A stretch of DNA of 64,000 nucleotides from Hyaloraphidium curvatum SAG 235-1 (taxonomy: Eukaryota; Fungi; Monoblepharomycota): positions 248,001-312,000 of the forward strand of contig JAIVFI010000027.1 of assembly GCA_025558095.1 (NCBI GenBank), read 5' to 3'. The translations under genes and the position numbers were made by a program. Below the pieces are notes generated by a model. The model made no database searches, was not told the origin of the DNA, and saw only the letters and a list, made by a program, of their open reading frames with translations. This document shows, piece by piece, positions 24,315 through 33,675 of this stretch. Each line of letters opens with the position of its first letter. The stretch's first letter is position 1.

Positions 24315-27182
24315 ATGGCGTCCAATCCGTTTGACGACCCTCGTCTGCGGCCTCGAATTCTGCAGTATGAGAGAGAGAGAGGTTTCCGGACGGGCATCTT
24401 TCAGGAGGCGTTCGAAATCGCGTTTTCGCATTGCGGTCTCCGCGTGAACTTCGGCTCCACGCCTCCGGAAATCGTCATCGAGGGAGTTTTTGAGCCGGGA
24501 AAAGGCGATGATTGTCTGGACTACACGCGCGTGTTCAAGGGGAGCCTCTACGACTGGCATCCGGAAACGAGGACCCTGCGCCTCCGGGGCGGCTGCTACT
24601 TCGGCGACACCAGTCAGGACATGGAGGGCCGTGACAGGACGAAACAGGACTATCTGGAAGAGGCGATCCAGAAAGGTATGCTCGCTGTGACGGTTTTGAT
24701 CGCGCGTCTGACTTTTCCCCGCCCGTAGCCGGCGACGAGTACAAAGCGTTCGCCGTCCAAGTCCCCGACCGCCGCAAGCGGTCCATGATCGAGATCGCAA
24801 AAATGGCGCTGGGCAAGATCCTGTACTCGGACGGACCGAACCCGATCCTCAACCGGTCCTGCTTCGGTGTGCTGAGGCACGAGCAGCTGCGCGAGTGGGA
24901 GCACGAGGGTGTAGAGCTCGACCTCGTCCTCGAAATCGCAGGCGCGGCTCCTGGGCGCGTGCAGCAAGCCAAAAGGCTGCACATCGTCGACCTGCAGCGG
25001 GAATCGGCGCTCTCTGCGTCCGCTGCGTTCCATTTCGCCCGGGAGAACACTGACCTGGCGAACTTGTTCTGGGACTTCGAGTCGGCTGACTTGAAGAAGC
25101 AGCTAGCGCAACTGACTCGCGCCGAGCTCTTGGCTCACGAAGATCAGATCAAAGCTTTCGCCATCGAAAAGAGGAAGCGGATCCTGGTCTTCGCCGGTGA
25201 ATTCGGTCCCCTGTCAATCATTACCAAGCCGGCGGGACCCTTCCTCGACACGCTCGCAATGTCCTGGGTCATCCGGCTCTCCGACGACGTGTTTGCGATC
25301 GGCACCACCCGTTGCGATTTCGGTGTCTTCCGTTTCCACAACGACGAGGTGACCAGGGCGCTGAACGACCTCCACGATTTCAAGAAGACGCTGCTGGTCC
25401 GGGCGCACAGGTTCCTCGAGGCCCTTCCGCCGGACGAACTCGATCTCGAGGCGACCTACGTCCGCATTAAGGAGGAGATCCTGGATGCGGAGTCCGAGAA
25501 GCTCCGGGGCCTGATCGCCGTCGTCAAAAACGCTTTGGACAAGGAGAGAAAGCGATCCGCCGCAACGAACCCAGCCAAGAGCAAAGGCAAAGGTGCGTCG
25601 AAAGATGATCCAGCACGCAGCCGTTTCTGCAGCACCTGACGCCGAGGTCCGTGCAGGAGCCGAGAAGCAGCCGCCCGAATGGCGATCCAGCGTACCCGAC
25701 GCAGCCCTCAACGATCCGCAGGTCAATGCCAAGGTGCGGCAGCTCGATCGCGGCGGAGTGCTCGGGATCGCGAAGGTTGAAGCCGCCGGAGCCATCGATT
25801 CGGAGCATCCGAGCGGGGCCGCAGCCGAAGAGCCGAGCGATCCCGAGGAGCCGAACGATCTCGCGGACACACTAGAGGTTCCTGGGCCAACCGACGACGA
25901 CGGCTTTGCGGAAGAAGACGGGGTTTTCGACGCCGCCATCTCGGAGCAGGAGCTGGAGGAGAAGGCCATCAAGGACAAGGCTTTCGCGACCTGGCTCAGT
26001 CGAAAGCTGGCGGCGTCCAATCCGCGGTTCGACGCGATGACGGAGCGTCAGAAAGAGATGGAGCGCACAAAGCTCGCAAAGGAAGCGATCCGTCGTCTCG
26101 ATCTCTTGAAGGTCCTCAAGCACTACTTCCGCGGCAAGATCACGGAGAAGCAGCTCTTGACCCTCAGCGAGGAAGAGCTCATCGCCCTTGGCCGCCGGTG
26201 GTCCTACATCCTGATCAGCCAGACACCGGCCAGCGCGAAGGCCGAGGAGATCAGGCCTGTCTGCTGCGAGAACCTGATGCCGAAAGCCCAGGGCCTCGAC
26301 GAGACAAAGTTCCTGACCTGTCTCCACTGCAAGCACCAGTTTCACACGGAGCACAAGTGCGCCAAGATGTTCCGAGTCGTCGAGCGCCAGCAGGCCGCCC
26401 GGAAGGCCGCCGAGACCGAGGGACCGAGCGGGCCGAGGACCAGGAGCGGTTCGAGTGCTACTCCTTCGTCCTCTTCGGCGCTGGCGGACCCTCCCACGGA
26501 CTACTTCGCAGTCCTGATGGGCCGTGGTCGGCCGGCGTCGGGAAAGAGGAAGCGCCCCGCCGACGACGACGAGTTCGAGCCGGAGCCCAACGCCGACGAT
26601 GAACCCGACGAGAACGACGCCGTCGAGAAGTTCGCTGCGCCGGAGAAGAGCTGGAAGATGCAGTACCCGTGCGACTACGTCATCGTTCCCGGCATGACGC
26701 AGGAGCAGCACCGTTTGCTCGTGAAGAACCACGTCTTTCGCCGCGTCGTTCGCCGCTTCATCGAGAACGAAAGCCTGCCCCTCGTGATCAACAAAATCCA
26801 GATCGACGCAATGGTGGCGAAGGAGGTGCTCGACACGCCCGACGACGTGCATTCGGCGACCTTTATCCAGTTCTACGGCATCGACTTCCTGACCAAGAAG
26901 CTCAACTGCGAGAAGGCCGGAAAGGGCGACCGCCGCGTCGCCGCCCTTGCGAACTCGTACGGCCAGACCGTTGAGAACCGCGTCCTCGAGTACGCCATGG
27001 TTCACGGATTCACGATCACCCAGTCGGAAAGGCCGCGGGTGAAGAACGAGAGGGACAGGAGCGGCATTAACACGCCGATCCCGCTCTACTGCTTCTCCAA
27101 TGCGGAGCACCCGGCGCCGAAGAAGTTCGCGCAGCTGGAGCGGAAGGAGCTGCTCCGTTACAAGCACCTCATGGGCATCTGA
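24315..27182 (+). CDS. Orphan ~916-aa protein with putative GIY-YIG-like motifs and a Cys/His cluster
   Basis: Exons 24315-24675, 24729-25592 and 25657-27182 join in frame via canonical introns. GSLY..CYFGDTSQDMEGR..SMIE..NPILNR; CLHCKHQFHTEHKC; KRKR NLS-like. Gene model well supported, domain call weak. Confidence 0.75.
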
Positions 27183-27943
27183 TAGAGGCTGTAGACATTT
27201 CAAAGCATTGGCTTCTGCACCCTTGAGGCTCCTATTTCCTTCGCTTTGTCCTCGGTCGACGCGTTCCGAGTTTCCGACCGTCCCAGACTGTTGCCCCGGT
27301 CCAATCGCCGCAAGGATCCTCTCCTCAAGCTTCCATTGACATTTGAAGCCCGTTGATAGTTTGATCCGTGTTCATCGGCGGCGGAAGGTGACGCAAGAGA
27401 GAACGAACGTGCGCCCAAGTCGCGGCGGGTCGCGGATGGTGGTGCGTGTCACCCATTCAAGCGCGTACTTCGCCTTGAGGGAAGCCGTCTCCACGGTGTC
27501 CTTTCTGCCACAAAGCAGCGAGTTCCGGTTCAACCAATGATAGGTTCAAAGGTTCTTTTGCTCCGGGGACGGTCTGGGGAGGTGGAGGAGTGGAGGCGCG
27601 CGGCGGGCCTGCGGCCCGCCCGCCGCTTTCGCCCGATCCTCCCGGAAAACCTAATCCAAGCGGGCGGATACGTATCGCTTGCCGGATTTAGAACCTTCTG
27701 GTCTGATCATCCATCTTGATCTGCGTCCTTGATGCTGGTTGGGCGGTGCGGAGCCGAGCTACGTAGGTGAAACTCCGCCCGACGTCGCCCAATCCCAATC
27801 GCTTCCGCACGGAAATGGCCCGAGCGGCAACCGAATCTCGTCCTCCGCATTGACTTTATGCAATCTTTGGAGTTTGACTGGCTTTGACTAGGATCCTTGC
27901 CGCGAATCGGACCGGACCTCGCACCTGCCTCCGCACCGGACCG

Positions 27944-28477
27944 ATGCCGACCCCCCTGACGCGCTCCGCCTCCTCCCGCCCCTCTGCCCCCGGCATCCCC
28001 ACCCGCCCGCCACCGGACGCCAACCGCGCTCGCGCCCTGCGTCTCGTGAGCATGTACCGCTCGCTCATCGCCGACGAGGTGCCCCGGCGCTTCGGCGTCG
28101 TCTTTGCCCTCACGGACCGCGTTAACGGCCCCATGCTCCGCGAATGCGGGCTGCTCACACTGCGTACGGGCGGCAGGGAGCCGGGGAAGTTCAGGGCCAC
28201 GTACGGGGACTTGTTTGGGCTGGCGCCGGGGACCAAGGACTGGAAGCTGGACGGGGAGGCGATCGAGCGGACGCTGAGGGCCGCGCAGAGGCTGCAGGAG
28301 CTGGCGATGGGATTTGATGCAAAGTGGGGCGCCAGGGCGTCGCTACTCCTGCTGGACGCGGTACCCGTGGCGTTTGCCGTCGAGGCCGACGACGAGGCCT
28401 GGGCAAAGGCCGTCGAGTTTGCCAGGAAGAAGGGGCACGACATCATCAGGGGCGACAGGGTCGTCTTCGAGCCTTGA
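27944..28477 (+). CDS. Hypothetical protein (~177 aa)
   Basis: Intronless ORF with host-like GC3 bias and globular composition; no domain recognised. Confidence 0.55.
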   Translation: MPTPLTRSASSRPSAPGIPTRPPPDANRARALRLVSMYRSLIADEVPRRFGVVFALTDRVNGPMLRECGLLTLRTGGREPGKFRATYGDLFGLAPGTKDWKLDGEAIERTLRAAQRLQELAMGFDAKWGARASLLLLDAVPVAFAVEADDEAWAKAVEFARKKGHDIIRGDRVVFEP

Positions 28478-28675
28478 TGTTGCTCTGGTCTGGAGACTTG
28501 ATGGTGCGAAGGCGCCGACCAGACGTCCAAAGGAGAGATATCGTCCGAGGTCGGAGTTCCGTGGCCGTCCATCCTCCATCTCCGTCCACAAGCAAACACA
28601 TCCCACATCCCGTGGACAGCGGAAGGCCGAGGTCGGCAATGTACACCGGTGGCATTCACCGTCAGAGTGGTACAT

Positions 28676-29579
28676 CTACTCGTGGTGGCCGCCGCGGCGC
28701 TGCTCGGCGATGATGCCGGAGAGCTCGTCGATCTTGGTCTTTGCCCGCCGCATCGTGCCAAGCTGCAGAGGGAATGGGGGTTAAATGGTGTCCACAAATC
28801 GGTGCCGACCATATGCCCAGGTCCAAGGAACGGGGCCGCCGTCGCCTGCCCGGCAGACCACCGACGGCATCACGTCCGGCCGCTCCCCGCTGCCGCCCCC
28901 ATCTCCACCAGTGCAAGTCTCCAGCAAAGAGGTGCAAGACGCTGCGTCCGAACGGGCCGCACAGCCCGCATCCGTCCGCCGTCCCGCTTTCCTCGTTGCC
29001 ATGCGAGCCCGAGAAGGAACCTCACCTTCCGCTTCGCCAGCTTCTTCGCCCTCTTGTCCTTCGAGTTCCTCAGCAATTCCATGACCCTCCGCTCGTACGG
29101 CGCGAAGCCGGCGACCTCCCGGATGAGCTCGCGAACGTGCTTGACACGCTTGGAAACGTGCTGCGGGAGGCGGGCGTGAGCTTCCGGTTTGGGGAGAGAA
29201 CGACCGAGGGAGCGCCAAGGAGATGGGAACCCGATGGTGCGGCACAGCAGAGGGTCGGCCAGGCGGGGCGAGGGAGTCCGGCGAGGAGCGGACGACTGGC
29301 AATCCAGGCGAGCGCCCTCTGCCCCTCGAGCTCCACCCATCGCCCGCCCCACCCGGCCACCACGAGCAGGTCCAGCAGTCCAACTGCACTCCTCTGCCCT
29401 GCCGCCGCAGCACAGCGTCCCCATCTCCAGCGCCCGCCGCCGCGTCCGGCCGAAACACTGACCCCTTTCCGCGACACCGGCTTGGGCTTCAGCACCCGCG
29501 GGGTCACGACGTGACCGGCGTTAACGCCGGCAGCGATGCCGGTCTTCTGCACCGGCGTCCGCTCGATCGATTTCGTCAT
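28676..29579 (-). CDS. RPL36: 60S ribosomal protein eL36
   Basis: Exons 29463-29579, 29026-29160, 28676-28762: [45 protein letters not shown]|[14 protein letters not shown]. Confidence 0.97.
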
Positions 29580-29824
29580 CTCGGCGGAGGAGGAGAGAGG
29601 ACAGGAGGAGGTGTGGTGGCCGGGGTCTGGATGCGAAATTGTTGGGTTAGCGTGACCCAGCTGGACCGAAATTCCAACCGCAACTCTCCGCTCGAATTAG
29701 GCCCCGCCCGAGCCCCAAGGCGGGAACGAGGGCCGGAGCGAGGGTCGGCTGCCCGCACTACAGCGGGCGAGACCACCGGACAGCCCGCGTCTGCCCGGCA
29801 CCCCACGAGGGCGGCCCGAGCACC

Positions 29825-30894
29825 ATGCTCGCGGCGGGCGCGGCTCGGCCGCTGGCGGCCACCAAGGCCGAGCCGTACTACATCGGCATGTCGCTCGGCA
29901 CGTTTCTCTCGCAGGAGCTGCCGCCGCTCGCCCCAGAAAGCGGGGGAGGCCCCCGCCACGTCGTGTCGCGCGGCTCATCGGGCGAGGTCTCCGTGTCGGA
30001 AGGCGGCCGCGCCAACCGAGCCTCTGTCTACGCGATCCCGCCGCTGGTCATGGAGCGCGTCGACTCGTACGCGAGCCCGGCCCCGGCTGGCGCCTCGGCC
30101 AGCGACAAGACGCGCTACAGGCAGTCGATCGTCGAGCTGTCGGGCGCATGGGGCACATCCTTTTCCTCGGCGTCGGCGTCGGTCTTTTCCACGAGCTCCA
30201 ATGTGGGTCTTCATCCGGGGCCGCCGACGGTGCACGACTCATCTCCGGCCCTCCGCTGCCTGATGTTCAGACACCTCGCCCCGCTTCGCCGTCCGGCGAG
30301 CCAGCCATCGGCGGCCTCGCTTCGTCCCGCACCCGCGACCAGGACCTCCCCGAGCCCGAGGACCTCCTCATGATGCTAGCACACCGCCTGGCCCGCATGC
30401 ACGGGGTGTGGCGCATCCACGCGCCCGAGGAGCACCACGCCTACCCTCCCGAGGAGCTCGACATGCCCCTCCCCGTGGGCCCGCTCATCACCGCCGTGCA
30501 CGAGGTGCTCGCCGTCATGCGTGCGCTGTCCCTGCAGGGCATGCCCGGCGACGACGGCGGCGCGCTGTCCCGCGTGGTGCGGGACCACGCCGTAAGGGTC
30601 ATCGCCGTGGTGCGGTCGCTCGACTCGGAAAACAGGGTTGAGTGGTACCACCGCGCCCTCAAGGAGGGCACGGCAACGCACAGGCCCGTGTGCTTGGGGG
30701 ACCTGGTGAGCGGAGGGAAGCAGGGCATCGTGTGCGAGTTTGGGAGCGCCGTGGCGGACCTGTTCCTTCGGGAGGACGACGAGGACTACGACGGCGAGGA
30801 GTACGACGGCGAGGAGTACGACGGCGAAAACTACGAGGACGGGGAATACGAAGACCGGGACGACGGCGATGTTGCGTCGGATGGCGAGCAGTAG
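29825..30894 (+). CDS. Hypothetical protein with acidic YDGEE-repeat tail
   Basis: Two exons joined by an intron at ~30203-30270; 15-bp tandem repeat (tacgacggcgaggag) at ~30787-30835. Confidence 0.6.
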
Positions 30895-31085
30895 GAGGCT
30901 GGGAAGAGTCGAGTCGTAGCAGGTCTCGGGCGCCGGTCGGCTGCTGTGTGCAGCGCCCAGTGGAATCGCATACCAGTAGGACAATATCCGTGCTCTAGAT
31001 TAAATGATGTTTTGGAAGTACTGCCGCCCGAGCACCCCTTGGTCGCGAAACTCGATCGCCCCACAGCGCCACGCACCTCCCCCCA

Positions 31086-31161
31086 CGAACCCGGGACTAA
31101 CGCGATCGCCATTTCGGGAGCGATTTGGGAGGCGTTAATTATGCCCCTTAACCATCGACGC
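31086..31161 (-). pseudogene. 3'-truncated tRNA-Gly(CCC)
   Basis: Matches 22686-22761 but breaks in the T-loop (GGTTCG|tggggg) and lacks AGTCCCGGTCGACGCA. Confidence 0.88.
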
Positions 31162-31809
31162 GAAGATAAGCTCATCCAGATCGCCGAGATCGGGCGCTTT
31201 GTGGCCCTCGCCCTCCCCGTCCGGACGCCTCGCCCGGCTTGCCCGCAGCGCTGCCCTTCCCGTCCCGAAATCGCACCTGGTCCACCACGGCGGGCGATTG
31301 GTCGGCGTTATTATGCCCCTTAACCATCGACGCCCAGATAAGCTCATCCAGATCGCCGAGATCGGGCGCTTTGTGGCCCTCGCCCTCCCCGTCCGGACGC
31401 CTCGCCCGGCCTGCGCGCACCGCCGCCCTTCCCGTCCCCGGGACCGCACTAGGGCAGCTTCTGCGACCTCCGTCACTGGGTCGCATTCCGGCTCGGTGCT
31501 CTTCTGCCGTGCCCTTCCGCTCCTCGGTACGGTCCGACCGCCTGGCAGGCACCCCGCTCAACGCGCTGTTCCATCCGTTACAGCCGCGGGAGATGATCGG
31601 TCGGCGTCACTGCCCGGCAGCCGTCGATTCCTGGACTCTCATCTACACTTCTGAGTTCTGAGGGCACGGTGTCAAGTTGCTCTCGCTCTCTTCTAAGCGG
31701 CGCCTCCGGGACTTCGCCGTCACCGCCGCCAAGCCGCGATCGGGAATCTGCTGGCGGCCGCGAGCCCCCCTGCGCAATCCGGAATGTGTCCCTCCGTGCC
31801 ATTCACTCC
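31086..31809 (-). repeat. Inverted repeat IR1, right arm
   Basis: Reverse complement of 22025-22761, including both tandem units. Confidence 0.95.
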
Positions 31810-31885
31810 GCTGGTGGGATATGTTGTGGTAGAGCCCGGACAGAAGGGTTGTGCAGGAAGCGGCGCACCAGCATCCCAACCCTGA

Positions 31886-33469
31886 TCAGGATATTTGGAG
31901 TTCAGCCATGACAGCCAGCTCACTCGGATCCATTCGCGGTTGGCGAAAAGCAGGGGAGCTTGAAAGAGACCGAGTCCGCCTGCCTGGTCTCGAAAGTGTG
32001 GGACTCCGTTCGGCAACGTCGCCCTGCTCCGTTTCCTCGCTTGCTACACGCTTCCGGGACCTCAGGTCCAGCAGCTTCTTCTTCAACGATTGGACTTGCT
32101 CCCTCAGCACCTCTTTTGGCAAGTCCTTTCCGCTGAGGTGGTTGACTGGCCGGCCTCGCACCGCCGCCTCCCCGATCGCTTTATTCGTTTCGAGCCTGTT
32201 TGCAAGCTTCGCATTCGCTGACTTCAAATCATCGAGCTCCTTGATCTTTAGCGCCAACAGCTCCCGGAGCCCGGAAATGGTGCCAGAGCTCGTCCCTTTT
32301 GTCGAACTGCTCAAAGCACCGACTGTCGGCCAGGATTCCGGCCCGTTGCCAACGATAGCTTCGAGAGCCTGAAGCCTCCGTTGCTCCTCCTTCACGAGCA
32401 TCACCTTGCCTCTCAGTTCGTCCAGGCGCTCGTCCAGGCGATCCTTCATGAACTCCACTTCGCGCAACGATGCAATGGATTCGTCCTTCCTGCGCTGCAC
32501 GTCCAGGAGCTGCGATTCGGCGGTCATGCGACGCCTCTCCATGTCTGCACGGGAAACAATGCGTTCGTCGAGCACAGATTCAGCATCTCTAACGCGCGTC
32601 TCTGCACTTGAGAGCTCGTCCCGTTGGCTCCTGATCTGGAGCCCCAGGTCGTCAAGTTCGGCCGTCTTAAGGGCCCGCACAGTCTCCAGATCTTCCAAGC
32701 GGTGTTTTGCCAGTACAGCCTGCCTGTCCAGGTCCTCGAGCGCGGTTTTCAGGGTGCCAGCCTCGTTGCGGACGAGCTTCAGCCGGGTTTTCGCAATGCG
32801 GGCTTCCTCGTGCTCCATGATCTCGCTGTTCTTGCAGCGCTCGAGTGCGGTGCTGGCGCGCTCATACGCCTCGCCCTGGCTCTGGATGGAGGCCTTCACC
32901 ACGGCCAGGCGCTCCTCCAGCTCCTTCATGCGCTCCTTGCGAGTCCGCAGAACGTCGAGCTGCGCACGATAGCGCATCTGCTCCCGCTGGAGGTCGTGAG
33001 ACAGCCTCTGCGTGGCCTGGACGGCCACTTGCACGCCGGCGCGCAGCCGAGAAGTCTCCGCAGCCAGCTCCGACTTTCGGAGCGCCGCGGCGCCTAGCCT
33101 TCTCTCTAGTTCATCCGCACGTTCCTTGTACTGGTCCTCCGCGGCATTCTTCGCCGCAAGCTGCTTCTCCAGAGCGAGAAGGCGCGCTGCCGCGGTGGAA
33201 GCTTCCGCCTCGAGGCCTTCCAGTTCCGCGTCCAGAAGACGAAGTTCGGTCTCCTGTTCCTTCTCCTGGCGATGCAGGAGATCCAGCTTGGCCTTGACAT
33301 GGTCGCGCTTGTTGACTAGGCGGTGACGGGCGTCCTTCTCGCGGCGAGCGTTCCGTTGCGATTGGGCGCCCACTGCTCCGCCGTCGCCCGGCGACGCGTC
33401 CGCCGGCTCGGGACATCCAGGCGCGGCACTATTGGAACTGCATGATGAGGATTCCGAGGTCTGGTTCAT
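31886..33469 (-). CDS. Long coiled-coil protein
   Basis: Intronless ORF from MNQTSESS; heptad-like E/K/R/L/A-rich over ~400 aa. Confidence 0.75.
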   Translation of the reverse strand: MNQTSESSSCSSNSAAPGCPEPADASPGDGGAVGAQSQRNARREKDARHRLVNKRDHVKAKLDLLHRQEKEQETELRLLDAELEGLEAEASTAAARLLALEKQLAAKNAAEDQYKERADELERRLGAAALRKSELAAETSRLRAGVQVAVQATQRLSHDLQREQMRYRAQLDVLRTRKERMKELEERLAVVKASIQSQGEAYERASTALERCKNSEIMEHEEARIAKTRLKLVRNEAGTLKTALEDLDRQAVLAKHRLEDLETVRALKTAELDDLGLQIRSQRDELSSAETRVRDAESVLDERIVSRADMERRRMTAESQLLDVQRRKDESIASLREVEFMKDRLDERLDELRGKVMLVKEEQRRLQALEAIVGNGPESWPTVGALSSSTKGTSSGTISGLRELLALKIKELDDLKSANAKLANRLETNKAIGEAAVRGRPVNHLSGKDLPKEVLREQVQSLKKKLLDLRSRKRVASEETEQGDVAERSPTLSRPGRRTRSLSSSPAFRQPRMDPSELAVMAELQIS

Positions 33470-33675
33470 TCGTCGCTCAGAAGATGCCGCGGAATTGACC
33501 GGGGAGCGAGTTTGAAACCATCGGACTAGTGCCGCAATCCGAGGCACTCTCACGCGGCGAATCGAGACAAACAGAGAGGCGGGTATCATCTGGTGTTGCC
33601 AAAACATTACACTTCGGTGTCTATACCCCCACCCGGGTGTGCGGCGCCGTGGCAATAGTTCATGTGCGAGCCCAG

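Noticed and set aside
27793-27819. Weak similarity to the tRNA-Gly anticodon/intron (tcccaatcgcttccg..gaaatggc)
   Set aside because: Needs two gaps and has no flanking tRNA arms; indistinguishable from chance by eye.
28763-29025. snoRNA in RPL36 intron 2
   Set aside because: No convincing C/D box pair or H/ACA hairpins seen.
22025-31809. IR1 or IR2 as TIRs of a canonical DNA transposon or Polinton
   Set aside because: No DDE transposase, integrase, polB or capsid ORF, no evident TSD, the arms are tRNA flank sequence, and IR1 encloses RPL36.
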